A stretch of 63,617 nucleotides of DNA, counting the filler, from Thermodesulfobacteriota bacterium (lineage in GTDB: Bacteria > DASVDK01): NCBI GenBank assembly GCA_036381125.1. It is 7 parts of 7 records of this genome, joined end to end, with 100 filler letters (N's around TTAATTAATTAA, not from the genome) between each part and the next. Parts side by side here need not be neighbours in the genome. Positions count along the whole stretch, not along the records: positions 24,281 to 42,172 come from DASVDK010000337.1; 6 more parts are not named here. The stretch is one strand, 5' to 3'. Below are positions 29,201-38,707 of the stretch, in pieces. Made by a program: the position numbers and the translations under genes. The number at the start of each line of letters is the position of its first letter. Position 1 is the first letter of the stretch. The notes below the pieces were generated by a model that was not told where the DNA came from, did no database searches, and was given only the letters and a program-made list of their open reading frames with translations.

Positions 29201-30560
29201 CGGTCGCCTCGACGGCGGCGCCGGCCGGCGCGCCGGCGAGCGCGGCGGCGGCCGCGTGTCCGGACTGGACCGCCCCCTCGATCGTCCCCGGCAGGCCGGT
29301 GTCGGTCCAGTCGCCGGCGAGGACGAGGTTGGCGAGCGGCGTCGCCGTGCCGGGGCGAAGGCTCGCGGCGCCGGGCGCGAGCGAGGGGGTCGCGAAGGGC
29401 TCCTTGACGACGTGGCCGCGCAGGAGCCGCGCGCCGCGCGCGGCCGGCACCAGGCGGGCCACCTCGCGCTCGGCCAGGGCGACCAGCTCGGTGTGCGGGC
29501 GGCCGACGAGGTCGCGGGCGCCGCTGGTGACGGCGGTGACGTGGGTGCCGCGGTCGAAGAGCCAGTGCAGCGGGCTGCCGAGGAGCCCGACGAAGGGGCG
29601 CGGCGCGACCGGCCGGTCGTACCAGAGGTGGAACGACACGATGGGCGAGGCGCCGAGCCGGGCGAGGCCGGCGAAGGGGGGGCGGGCCGCCAGCGCGGGC
29701 GGGAGGAGCGACGGCAGGACCCGGTGGGGGACGGCCGCCACGACGGCGTCGACCGGCAGCCGTTCGCCGGCGCCGCGCCCGGCGGCCGAGAGCCGCACCG
29801 CCACGACGCGGTCGCCCGCGACCTCGAGCGAGGCGGCGGCCGCGTGCGTGCGGACGCGGCCGCCGGCGGCCTCGACGATCGCGCGCGCCTGCTCCGTGTA
29901 GAGGTCCGAGAGGCCGACGGCGGCGACCCCGAGGTCGCCCGCACGCGAGCCGCCGAAGAAGGCCCGGCGCGCCACCGCGAGGAGCCAGCGGGCCGAGGCG
30001 ACCTCCGGCGCGTCGTTCAGCGTGGCGAGCGTGAGCGGGTCCCAGAAGACCCGGCGCGCGCCGGGCGTCTGGCCGTGCCGCGCGAGCCACGAGGCGACGG
30101 TGAGCGGCTCCAGCGCCGCCTCCGCGGCGCCCCCCCCGCGCGCCGCTGCCGCGAGGGCCACCCCCCCGCGGACCAGGGCGAGGCGGTCGCGCGCCCGCAC
30201 CCCGCCGAAGCGCAGCAGCCCGGCCAGGACGTGGAGCGGCGCCGGCAGCGCCGGGCAGGTCAGGCGTGCGGCGGCGCCGCCCTCGCCGACGAACGCCACG
30301 TCGAGCCGGGGCTCGAAGGCGATCCGGTCCGCGGTGCCGAGCCGCCCGAGGAAGGCCAGCGTCTCGCCGTAGCAGCGCATGAAGAGGTGCTGGCCGTTGT
30401 CGACCACCGCGCCGCTCTCGGGCTCGCGGAACGAGTAGGCGCGCCCGCCGAGGACGCCCCGCCGCTCGAGGACCGTCACGCGCGCGCCGGCGTCGGCGAG
30501 GCGCACCGCGGCGGCGAGGCCCGCGAACCCGGCCCCGATGACCGCGACGTGCCGGCTCAC
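29193..30560 (-). CDS. hpnE: Hydroxysqualene dehydroxylase (FAD-dependent)
   Basis: IGAGFAGLAAA, GGRAYSF, DNGQHL, LAGDWTDTGLPGTIEGAVQSG; follows hpnC and hpnD. Confidence 0.9.
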   Translation of the reverse strand: MSRHVAVIGAGFAGLAAAVRLADAGARVTVLERRGVLGGRAYSFREPESGAVVDNGQHLFMRCYGETLAFLGRLGTADRIAFEPRLDVAFVGEGGAAARLTCPALPAPLHVLAGLLRFGGVRARDRLALVRGGVALAAAARGGGAAEAALEPLTVASWLARHGQTPGARRVFWDPLTLATLNDAPEVASARWLLAVARRAFFGGSRAGDLGVAAVGLSDLYTEQARAIVEAAGGRVRTHAAAASLEVAGDRVVAVRLSAAGRGAGERLPVDAVVAAVPHRVLPSLLPPALAARPPFAGLARLGASPIVSFHLWYDRPVAPRPFVGLLGSPLHWLFDRGTHVTAVTSGARDLVGRPHTELVALAEREVARLVPAARGARLLRGHVVKEPFATPSLAPGAASLRPGTATPLANLVLAGDWTDTGLPGTIEGAVQSGHAAAAALAGAPAGAAVEATGA

Positions 30561-31423
30561 GGCAGGCGCACCATGGCGGCGAGCCAGCGCGAGGCGGCGA
30601 TGGCGAGCTTGCGGGTCCGGCTGACGGCGGCCCGGTGGCCGAACACGTCGTAGCCGTGCCGGACGAGGTCGTCGAGGATCCGCTCGTAGATCGTGCCGAT
30701 CGTCTCGGCCGCGTAGAGGTCGCGGCGGTCCTCGTCGGCCAGGTGGGCGCGCGCCGAACGGTAGTAGCCGTAGGCGCGGTCGGCCTCGAAGGCGAGCAGG
30801 TCGCGCAGCCCCGGCGTGAGCCGCCCGCCGCCGAGGTCGGCCTCGGTCACGCCGAAGCGCGCCATGTCGGCCGCCGGCAGGTAGACGCGGCCGCTCGCGG
30901 CGTCGCTCGCCACGTCGCGCAGGATGTTGGTGAGCTGGAGCGCCCGCCCGAGGTGGACCGCGTAGGTCCGCGCCGAGGGGTTCCGGTAGCCGTAGACTTC
31001 GATGCAGACCAGGCCGACCGCGGCGGCGACGCGGTCGCAGTAGACCAGGAGGTCGTCGATCGTCTCGTAGCGCCGCCGCGCGAGGTCCATCTCGACCCCG
31101 TCGATGATCGCCTCGAGGTGCGTCCGCGGGATGCCGAAGCGGCGGACGGCCCAGGCGAGCTTGACGGTGATCGGGTGCGTCGCCCGGCCGTCGTAGGCCC
31201 GCGCCAGCTCCTCGCGCCAGGCCGCGAGCCTGATCGCCTTGTCGTGCGGCAGGCCGTCCTCGTCGGCGATGTCGTCGGCGAAGCGGCAGAAGGCGTAGAC
31301 CGCGTACATCGCCTCGCGCCGCTCGCGCGGCAGGAAGACGAACGACCAGTAGAAGTTGGTGCCCGAGCGCCGGGCGACCCGTCTGACGTAGTCGGTGAAC
31401 GTGCGCGACTCGGCCGCCGTCAT
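30557..31423 (-). CDS. hpnD: Presqualene diphosphate synthase
   Basis: SGTNFYWSF, YAFCRFADDIAD, GVEMD, YCDRVA, LQLTNILRDV, GRVYLP. Confidence 0.9.
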   Translation of the reverse strand: MTAAESRTFTDYVRRVARRSGTNFYWSFVFLPRERREAMYAVYAFCRFADDIADEDGLPHDKAIRLAAWREELARAYDGRATHPITVKLAWAVRRFGIPRTHLEAIIDGVEMDLARRRYETIDDLLVYCDRVAAAVGLVCIEVYGYRNPSARTYAVHLGRALQLTNILRDVASDAASGRVYLPAADMARFGVTEADLGGGRLTPGLRDLLAFEADRAYGYYRSARAHLADEDRRDLYAAETIGTIYERILDDLVRHGYDVFGHRAAVSRTRKLAIAASRWLAAMVRLP

Positions 31424-32433
31424 CGCGCGAGGCAGGCCTTCAGGAGGATCGCGGCGAAGTCCCGCGCGCCGAGCGAGGGGCGCGCCCGCCACACGTCGAA
31501 GTCGACCGCCGCCGTCCGCTCGAGGATCGTCCGCCCGCCGTGCCACACGACGCGCAGCTCGAGGCGCAGCTCCGGCCCCACGCGCGCGGCAAGCGGCCGC
31601 CCGGCGTCGAAGAGTGCGCGCGTCCGATCGGCCAGCTCGCGCATGAGCCGCCGGTACGCGTCGGTGAGGATGCCGCGCGCGAGGTCGGCCTCGCGCACGC
31701 CGAAGGCGGCGAGGTCGTTCTGCGGGATGTAGAGGCGGTCCTTCTCGCCGAGGTCGATCGCCAGGTCCTGCCAGTGGTTCGTGAGCTGGAGCGCGGTGCA
31801 GACGGCGTCCGACAGCCGGAACAGACCCGGGTCCCGATAGCCGTGGACCATGAGGACGAGCCGGCCCACCGGGTCGGCCGACCGCCGGCAGTAGTCGAGC
31901 AGGTCGGCCCAGGTGCCGTAGCGGCGCGTGGTCACGTCCTGGGCAAAGGCCGAGAGCAGGTCGGTGAAGGGCTCGAGCGGCAGGCGCCTGGCCGCGATGG
32001 TGGCGGCGAGCGCGGTGAAGACGGGGACCGCCGCGGCGCTCCCCCCGGATCCGCCGGCCGCGCCGTCGCCGTCGGCACGCGAGCCTGCGGTCGCCACGAC
32101 CGGCTCGTCGCCGGCGTGGGAGCCGCCGGGCGCGAGGCGCGGGGCGGTCGCCGTCGCCACGTCGCCGCGGTGCGCCGCCTCGACGCGGGCGCGCCAGTCG
32201 GCGAGACGCGCGAGGCGGGCCTCGGGCGTGCCGCGGCCCGGCTCGTCGGCGACGTCGTCGGCGGTGCGGGCGAAGGCGTAGATCGCCCAGAGGTCGCGCC
32301 GCGTCTTGCGGGGGAGCAGCCGCGAGCCGACCGGGAAGTTCTCGTAGTGCGTGCGCGCCAGACGCTCGCACCAGGCGTACGCCTCGTCGACCGTGAGCGT
32401 GCGGGCAGGGGGCGGGACCGTGCCGACGGTCAT
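31420..32433 (-). CDS. hpnC: Hydroxysqualene synthase
   Basis: HYENFPVGS, YAFARTADDVADE, LLSAFAQD, YCRRSADPVGRLVL, CTALQLTNHWQD. Confidence 0.92.
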   Translation of the reverse strand: MTVGTVPPPARTLTVDEAYAWCERLARTHYENFPVGSRLLPRKTRRDLWAIYAFARTADDVADEPGRGTPEARLARLADWRARVEAAHRGDVATATAPRLAPGGSHAGDEPVVATAGSRADGDGAAGGSGGSAAAVPVFTALAATIAARRLPLEPFTDLLSAFAQDVTTRRYGTWADLLDYCRRSADPVGRLVLMVHGYRDPGLFRLSDAVCTALQLTNHWQDLAIDLGEKDRLYIPQNDLAAFGVREADLARGILTDAYRRLMRELADRTRALFDAGRPLAARVGPELRLELRVVWHGGRTILERTAAVDFDVWRARPSLGARDFAAILLKACLAR

Positions 32434-32864
32434 CCCGACGCACGCTCCCCGGCGCCGGCGCCGCGCGACGGGCGTCCGCCGGCCGGCCGCCTGTCGATCA
32501 GCTCGAGGAGGTTGCCGTCCGGGTCGAGGAAGTAGAGCCCGTCGTGGTCGCCCCAGTCGATGACCGGGTGCGTCGGGACGCCGGCCGACGCGAGCCGGCC
32601 GGCGGCCTCGGCGAAGTCGTCCGGGGAGACCGTGAAGGCGAGGTGCGATCGGCCGGTCGGCCGCTCGATGGCGGCCGGGTCGCCGGGCGCGCGGTCCCTG
32701 CGCTCGAGCAGGTTGAAGGAGCGCCCGTTGAAGTCGAGCACGACGACGCCGGGCATGCGGCGCTTGACCGGCAGGCCGAAGACCTCGGTGTAGAAGCGCT
32801 CGGCCCGTGCGAGGTCGGCGACCTCGAGGCCGAAGTGGTCGATCGCCTGCAGGCGGATCGGCAT
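32430..32864 (-). CDS. VOC/glyoxalase family protein
   Basis: IDHFGLEVADLARAERFY, HLAF, YFLDPDGNLLE. Confidence 0.88.
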   Translation of the reverse strand: MPIRLQAIDHFGLEVADLARAERFYTEVFGLPVKRRMPGVVVLDFNGRSFNLLERRDRAPGDPAAIERPTGRSHLAFTVSPDDFAEAAGRLASAGVPTHPVIDWGDHDGLYFLDPDGNLLELIDRRPAGGRPSRGAGAGERASG

Positions 32865-32869
32865 GGCCG

Positions 32870-33838
32870 TTACTCCGGGCCGAACAGCGGCAGCTCGCGG
32901 CCTGCGCCTTCGGCGCGCGCCCGCTCCAGGACGAAGGCGCCGCACGCGACGTCCTCGAGGGCGAGCCCGTGTGACACGAAGAGGGTGATCTCCTCGGGAC
33001 GCCGCCGGCCGGGAGCCCGGCCGGCCACCACGTCGGCGAGCGGCGAGATCGCGTCCCAGGCGAGGTGCCCCGCCTCGATGACCGGCAGGAGCGTGCCCGA
33101 CTCGAGGCGCGCCGTCTCGATGTCGTCGACCACCACGCGCGCCGCCCGCCGCACGGCCGCCTCGTCCAGCTCCCGGCGGTTCGGCCAGTTGACGCCGGCG
33201 GCGTTGACGTGCGTCCCGGGGGCAAGCCAGGCGCCCTCGAGCACCGGGGTGCGGGAGTTCGTGATGGTGCAGACGACGTGGGCGCCGCGCACGGCGGCCT
33301 CGCCCGACTCGACCGGCACGAGGCGCGCGCCGACGCGCGGGCGCATCCGCTCGACGAAGGCCGCCCGGCGCGCCGGATCGCGCCCGTAGACCCGCACCTC
33401 GGCGAGCGGGCGCGCCGCGCAGATCGCCTCGAGCTGCGTCTCGGCCTGCCACCCGGTCCCGATCACGGCGCCGATCGTCGCGTCCTCGCGCGCCATGTGG
33501 CGCGTCGCCACGCCCGACGCCGCGCCGGTGCGGATCTGGCCGAGACGATCGCCCTCCATCATGCCGAGGACCCGGCCGGTGGCGAGGTCGAAGAGGGTGA
33601 TGATGAAGCTCGCGCCGCGCGGCGTGGTGCAGTACGCCTTGTACCCCCCGACGCCCCGATCGGGAAGCGCCGCGGCCATCATGTGCAGGACGGCCGGCGG
33701 CGTGACGACGCGGCGGCGCGGCTGCGAGGGTCCGCGGCCGCTTGCCGCCTCGAGGAACGCCGACTCGAGTACGCGCATGGCGTCGGCCACCGGCAAGAGC
33801 CGCCCGACCTCCGCCTCGGTGAGGATGCGAACGCCCAT
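32870..33838 (-). CDS. Ornithine cyclodeaminase / mu-crystallin family protein
   Basis: RTGAASG, IGTGWQA, GTHVNAAG, RELD, ITLFVSHGLALEDV. Confidence 0.9.
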   Translation of the reverse strand: MGVRILTEAEVGRLLPVADAMRVLESAFLEAASGRGPSQPRRRVVTPPAVLHMMAAALPDRGVGGYKAYCTTPRGASFIITLFDLATGRVLGMMEGDRLGQIRTGAASGVATRHMAREDATIGAVIGTGWQAETQLEAICAARPLAEVRVYGRDPARRAAFVERMRPRVGARLVPVESGEAAVRGAHVVCTITNSRTPVLEGAWLAPGTHVNAAGVNWPNRRELDEAAVRRAARVVVDDIETARLESGTLLPVIEAGHLAWDAISPLADVVAGRAPGRRRPEEITLFVSHGLALEDVACGAFVLERARAEGAGRELPLFGPE

Positions 33839-33860
33839 AGCGCGCTATCCTACCACCGTC

Positions 33861-34394
33861 ATGGCGTCCCGGATTCGCACGGCGCTCGCTCTGACGGTCT
33901 GGCTCGCTCTCGCGCCGGCGCCGGCTGTCGCGTGCGGGCCGGGCGCGGCGGCCGGGGCGGAGGCCGCGTTCCGGGAGATCCTCGCGCTCTGGAAGGCCGA
34001 GCGGTACGAGGCGCTCTACGAGCGCGGATACCTGGAGCAGCGGGTCGAGCTGCCGAAGGCGGACTTCGTGCGGCTCATGCGGCGGGAGGACCGGGTCCTC
34101 CAGTGCTGCTGGCTCATGGTGCGCGACGTGCGCGTCGCGTGCGAGGCCGGCGCCGCCTACGTCACCGCCACGATCGGCTACGAGGTGAGCGGGTACCTCT
34201 TCGACGGCCGGGCCTGGGCGCGCGACAGCGCGCCGCGGGACGTCGAGGAGACCTGGCGGCTGCTGTGGCAGGACGGCGCTTACCGGGTGGACCTCTACCA
34301 GGTCCTCGGCCCCTCGTACCTCTACTACGAGCGGCGCCCCGGCATCGTGCGGCGCTTCGACTTCCCGCGCTTCCCGCAGCTACCGAAGCGGTGA
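33861..34394 (+). CDS. Secreted hypothetical protein (possibly NTF2-like alpha/beta)
   Basis: Signal peptide MASRIRTALALTVWLALAPAPAVA, GC3-biased codons, ETWRLLWQDGAYRV. Fold assignment is a guess. Confidence 0.65.
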   Translation: MASRIRTALALTVWLALAPAPAVACGPGAAAGAEAAFREILALWKAERYEALYERGYLEQRVELPKADFVRLMRREDRVLQCCWLMVRDVRVACEAGAAYVTATIGYEVSGYLFDGRAWARDSAPRDVEETWRLLWQDGAYRVDLYQVLGPSYLYYERRPGIVRRFDFPRFPQLPKR

Positions 34395-34494
34395 CGCGCC
34401 CCCGCGCAAGCGGGGGTCCGGGCGAAGCCCGGGGCGCCGGCAGAGCGGTCCCAGGGCGGCACGTGGAAACAGGGGCCAGGGTTCGGCCCGCTCC

Positions 34495-35028
34495 TCACGA
34501 CGCCGCGGCGAGCGCCTCGAAGTCCTCGAAGGGGAGCGCGGCCACCCAGTCGGCGACGCGCAGGTCGCCGGGGTAACGGCGGCCGAGGAAGCCGCGCGCG
34601 TCGTACCGCGAGCGGAAGAGGCGCCAGAGGTGCGCCTCGTCGGTGCCGGCCCGCTTGAGGAAGAAGAAGAGGTCCTGCGGGCCGACCGCTGTGTCGAGCA
34701 CCTGCGGGCCGACCTCGCCGGGCGGGATCCAGAGGGCGGCGATCCCGTGCCGCGCGAGCAGTCGGGTGCGGACCGCGTCGAGTTCGGGCATCGAGTCGGC
34801 GCGGACGATCTCGGACGGGAAGAGCACCGGCACCCGCTCGCCCTCGATCACGAGCCGGACCGGCGGCGGGTCCTCGGCGGGCCTGAGCGCGAGCCAGGCC
34901 GCCTCGGCGAGCCAGCAGGCCGCGGGGTCGAAGACGTCGGGCCACACCTCGAACACCTGGCCCTCCGGCGCCCGTTCGCGCTGCGCCCGCAGCCGCGTCG
35001 GGTCGATCACCTGATAGATGCGCCCCAT
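34495..35028 (-). CDS. Hypothetical cytoplasmic protein
   Basis: 177-aa ORF with normal protein composition and a -10 hexamer 6 nt before the ATG; no family recognised. Confidence 0.65.
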   Translation of the reverse strand: MGRIYQVIDPTRLRAQRERAPEGQVFEVWPDVFDPAACWLAEAAWLALRPAEDPPPVRLVIEGERVPVLFPSEIVRADSMPELDAVRTRLLARHGIAALWIPPGEVGPQVLDTAVGPQDLFFFLKRAGTDEAHLWRLFRSRYDARGFLGRRYPGDLRVADWVAALPFEDFEALAAAS

Positions 35029-35058
35029 GCCGCCATGCTAGCGGAGGAGGAGGCAGCC

Positions 35059-35853
35059 ATGCCAGACGGGGAGGGAGGCCGGCCGCTGGTCGCCGTGGCC
35101 AGGGACGGCCGCGTGGCGATCGTCACGCTCGCGCGTCCCGAGGCGCACAACGCGCTCTCGACGGCGCTCTGCGAGGCGCTGCTCGAGACGCTCGCGCAGG
35201 TGGCGGCCGACGCCGACGTGCGGGCCGTGGTGCTCGTGGGCGAGGGGCCGTCGTTCTGCACCGGGGCCGACCTCAAGGAGCGGCGCGGCAAGCCGCTCGC
35301 CTGGATGCGCCGGCACAACCGGTTGATCGCCGGCGCGGCGAACGCCCTCGCCGCGCTGCCGCAGCCGGTCGTCGCCGCCCTCCACGGGTACGTCCTCGGC
35401 GGCGGCGCGGAGCTGGCCCTGGCGTGCGACTTCCGGGTGGCGGCCGAGGGCTGCCGCATCGGGTTCCCGGAGGCGACGCTCGGCATCATTCCCGGCGCGG
35501 GCGGCACGCAGCGCCTGCCGCGCCTGGTCGGTCCCGCCGTGGCGAAGGAGCTGATCTTCACCGGCCGGCGCCTCGACGCGGCCGAGGCGCTCCGCATCGG
35601 GCTCGTGTCCGAGGCGACGGCCGAGGGGCGGGCCGGCGAGGCGGCGCGCGCCCTGGCCGCGCGCATCGCGGCGAGCGCGCCGCTCGCCGTGGCGGCCGCC
35701 AAGCGGGCCATCGACGACGGGCTCGACGCGAGCCTCGCGGCCGGCCTCGCCCTCGAGTACCGCAGTCAGCTCGCCCTCTACGCCAGCGCCGACTGGCAGG
35801 AGGGGCTCGCCGCGTTCGCCGAGAGGCGGGCGCCGAGGTTCAGGGGCGAGTAA
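35059..35853 (+). CDS. Enoyl-CoA hydratase/isomerase
   Basis: FCTGADLKE, GYVLGGGAELALACD, PEATLGIIPGAGGTQRL. RBS GGAGG. Confidence 0.92.
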   Translation: MPDGEGGRPLVAVARDGRVAIVTLARPEAHNALSTALCEALLETLAQVAADADVRAVVLVGEGPSFCTGADLKERRGKPLAWMRRHNRLIAGAANALAALPQPVVAALHGYVLGGGAELALACDFRVAAEGCRIGFPEATLGIIPGAGGTQRLPRLVGPAVAKELIFTGRRLDAAEALRIGLVSEATAEGRAGEAARALAARIAASAPLAVAAAKRAIDDGLDASLAAGLALEYRSQLALYASADWQEGLAAFAERRAPRFRGE

Positions 35854-35944
35854 CCGGGTCACGCCGAAGCGGGTGCGCGCCTCCCGCTCGACGCGTGCGA
35901 AGGGGACGTCCGACACGGGCGGGCGGCCGCGGTCGCGCGGCCGC

Positions 35945-36098
35945 TCAGGACTTCCGGTCGCGGAACTGCTTGCCGATCGCCGTCGAGCACGGCCCGATCG
36001 GCGCCGTGCTGCCTCGCCGTCTCGAGCAGCCGGGTGTTCTCCGCCGGGTAGTCGACGCCGGAGAGGAACTTCTGCACCTGGACCGGGTTCACGGGCAT
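35945..36098 (-). pseudogene. DUF2795-like small protein, apparently internally deleted or frameshifted
   Basis: RBS AAGGAGG, then MPVNPVQVQKFLSGVDYPA...ARQHGADRAVLD. A plausible C-terminus (AIGKQFRDRKS*) lies in another frame. Confidence 0.6.
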
Positions 36099-36185
36099 GG
36101 CAGCCTCCTTGCCCGGGCGATCCGAGCGAGGACCGTGCCCGGCCGGCACGAAGCCGGCCGGGCCGCTTGCCTCGAGGCCCGGGGG

Positions 36186-37151
36186 CTACCGCGGGGCCAG
36201 GTCGGTCCGGACGAGCCGCTCGACCGGGCTTGTCCGGGCGATCACCTTCCGCTCGGCCAGGAAGCGCTGGAAGCGCGCCCAGCGCGCCGGGTCGGGTGCG
36301 AGCCGCGCGGCGAAGAGCGGCCGCGTCGACGCGAAGGCGCGACGGGTCAGCTCCGTCCGGGTGTCGGCGTACCGGGCCTGGAGCGCGGCGAGCGCGTCGT
36401 CGGGCGTGTCGCGCACCCGCGCCATCCCCTTTGCGACCCCGGCCAGGAAGGCCCGCAAGGCCTCGCCCCTGGCGGCCAGCGTCGCGTCGCTCGCGACGAA
36501 CACGAGCTCGTCGTACGGCGGCACCCCGTGCTCGACGAGGTCGAAGACGATCACCGTCGCGCCCTCGAGCTCGAGGGCGATCTTCTCGTAGTTCTTGTAG
36601 GCGCCGACCACGGCCGCCACCTGGCCGGACAGGAGCGCGGGGGTGAGGTTGAAGTTCACGTTCGTGAGCGTCACGTCCGACAGGTCGAGGCCGGCCGAGC
36701 GGAGCACCGCGCCGAGGAGCGCCTCCTCGAAGCCGGGGACCGAGTAGCCGACGCGCTTTCCCGCGAGGTCGGCGACCGTCCGGACGCCCGACCGCCCGGT
36801 CGTCATCACGCTGCCGAGCGGCTGGTCGATCAGGACGCCGAAGGCCGCGACGGGGAGCCCCTCGCTGCGCGCGATGGTCGTCAGCGGCTGGTAGGAGACG
36901 GCGACGTCGACCTTGCCGGCGGCGGCGAGCTTGAGCGGGTCGCTCGGGTCGGCCGGCGCCTGGATCACGACGTCGAGCCCCAGCGCCGCGAAGTCGCCCC
37001 GCTCGGCGGCCGCCACGATGGGCGCGTGGTTGGGGTTGGGGTACCAGTCGAGCATGAGCGTGAGCCGGGCGGCCTCGCCGCCGGCGGCGGCACCGGGCAG
37101 GAGCAGGCACGCGGCGGCGAGAGCGAGCATGGCGAGCGGACGAGTGATCAC
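36186..37151 (-). CDS. thiY: ABC substrate-binding protein, NMT1/THI5-like (thiamine pyrimidine precursor)
   Basis: Signal peptide; LMLDWYPNPNH, PADPSDPLKL, SYQP, NVNFNL, GVPPYDELV. Under a TPP riboswitch. Confidence 0.85.
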   Translation of the reverse strand: MITRPLAMLALAAACLLLPGAAAGGEAARLTLMLDWYPNPNHAPIVAAAERGDFAALGLDVVIQAPADPSDPLKLAAAGKVDVAVSYQPLTTIARSEGLPVAAFGVLIDQPLGSVMTTGRSGVRTVADLAGKRVGYSVPGFEEALLGAVLRSAGLDLSDVTLTNVNFNLTPALLSGQVAAVVGAYKNYEKIALELEGATVIVFDLVEHGVPPYDELVFVASDATLAARGEALRAFLAGVAKGMARVRDTPDDALAALQARYADTRTELTRRAFASTRPLFAARLAPDPARWARFQRFLAERKVIARTSPVERLVRTDLAPR

Positions 37152-37160
37152 TGGACCTCC

Positions 37161-37934
37161 TCACGATGCGGCGCGCGCCCGGCGCCACGGCGTGAGCGCC
37201 CACTCGAGGGCGCGCACGGCCGCGACGAGCGCCACGCCGAAGACCGACAGGACGACGAGGGCGGCGAAGACGAGGTCCACGCGAAGCTGCGCGTTCGCCC
37301 TCGCCATGAGGTAGCCGAGGCCGGCGTCGGCGCCGACCCACTCCCCGATGACGGCGCCGATCACGCTCACCGTCGCGCCGATCCGCATCCCGGTGAAGAC
37401 CTGCGGCAGCGCGGCCGGCACCTGGACGGCGAGGAGGACCATCGCCGGCCGGGCGCCGGCCATCCGGAACCAGTCGACGAGGTCGGGGTCCGCGCTCCTG
37501 AGCCCGTCGAGCGTGGCGACCGTCATGGGGAAGAAGACGATGAGCGCCGCCATGGCCACCTTGGAGGCGAGCCCGTAGCCGAGCCAGAGGACCAGGAGGG
37601 GGGCCACGGCGAAGACCGGGATCGTCTGCGACGCGACGAGGATCGGCTCAAGGGCGCGGCCGAGGACGGCCGAGCGGAACATGAGGAACCCCAGCGCGAG
37701 GCCCGCGACGAGCGCCACCGCGAAGCCGACGACGACCTCGACCGCGGTGACCCGCGCATGGGGCGCGAGCAGCGGCAGGTCGGTCACCAGCGTCCGGGCG
37801 ATGCGCGAGGGCGCGGGGAGGATGTAGTGCGGCAGGGCGAGGAGGTGGACCGCCGCCTCCCAGAGGCCGACGAGCGCGGCGAGGAGGACGAGCGGCGCCC
37901 CCCACCGGCGCGCCGCGGCGGCGAGGCTACGCAC
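37161..37934 (-). CDS. thiX: ABC permease (NitT/TauT family)
   Basis: ILPAPS, SQTIPVFAVAPLL, FFP, GAVIGEWVGADAGLG. Confidence 0.85.
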   Translation of the reverse strand: MRSLAAAARRWGAPLVLLAALVGLWEAAVHLLALPHYILPAPSRIARTLVTDLPLLAPHARVTAVEVVVGFAVALVAGLALGFLMFRSAVLGRALEPILVASQTIPVFAVAPLLVLWLGYGLASKVAMAALIVFFPMTVATLDGLRSADPDLVDWFRMAGARPAMVLLAVQVPAALPQVFTGMRIGATVSVIGAVIGEWVGADAGLGYLMARANAQLRVDLVFAALVVLSVFGVALVAAVRALEWALTPWRRARAAS

Positions 37935-38706
37935 GGCGCGCCTCGGTCGCGCAGGCGTCGCGCGCCTGCCGGACCAAGGCGACGAGCCGGCCCTCGAGGC
38001 GCGCGAGCATCGGGTCGCCCACGCGGCGCGGACGCGGCAGGTCGACCTCGAGCTCGGCGACGACGCGCGCCGGCCGGGCCGAGAGGACGGCGATCCGGTC
38101 GGCGAGGAGGGCCGCCTCCTCGGGGTCGTGGGTGACGACGAGCGTCGTCGGCCGCCGCTCGGCCCAGAGGTCGAGGAGGAGCGCGTGGAGGTCGAGCCGC
38201 GTGAGCGCGTCGACGGCGGCGAAGGGCTCGTCGAGGAGGAGGAGCCCGCGCTCCATGAGGAGCGCGCGGGCGAGGGCGACGCGCTGCCGCATCCCGCCCG
38301 AGAGGGCGGCGGGGTAGGCGCGCTCGAAGGAGGCGAGCCCGACGCGCGCGAGCGCCTCGGCGGCGAGCCGCTCCGCCTCGCGTCGCGAGCGGCCGGCCAG
38401 GCGGGCTCCGACCGCGGCGTTGGCGAGCGCGGTCCGCCAGGGGAGGAGGAGGTCCTTCTGCGGCTGGTAGGCGGCGAGGCCGCGGAGCGCCGCGCCGGCC
38501 GCCGTGCCGTCGAGGGCGATCGTCCCCGCGTCGGGCGCGTAGAGACCGGCCAGCAGGTGGAAGAGCGTGGTCTTGCCGCAGCCAGAGGGGCCGAGCAGGG
38601 CGACGATCGAGCCCGCAGGGACGTCGAGGTCGACCCCCGCGAGCACCGGCAGCGAGCCGAAGCGTTTGGCGAGCCCTCGGACCGCGAGGGCAGGTGCGTG
38701 CGCCAT
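37927..38706 (-). CDS. thiZ: ABC ATP-binding protein (NitT/TauT family)
   Basis: GPSGCGKTT, LSGGMRQR, LLLDEPF, VTHD. Confidence 0.88.
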   Translation of the reverse strand: MAHAPALAVRGLAKRFGSLPVLAGVDLDVPAGSIVALLGPSGCGKTTLFHLLAGLYAPDAGTIALDGTAAGAALRGLAAYQPQKDLLLPWRTALANAAVGARLAGRSRREAERLAAEALARVGLASFERAYPAALSGGMRQRVALARALLMERGLLLLDEPFAAVDALTRLDLHALLLDLWAERRPTTLVVTHDPEEAALLADRIAVLSARPARVVAELEVDLPRPRRVGDPMLARLEGRLVALVRQARDACATEARRA

Positions 38707-38707
38707 G

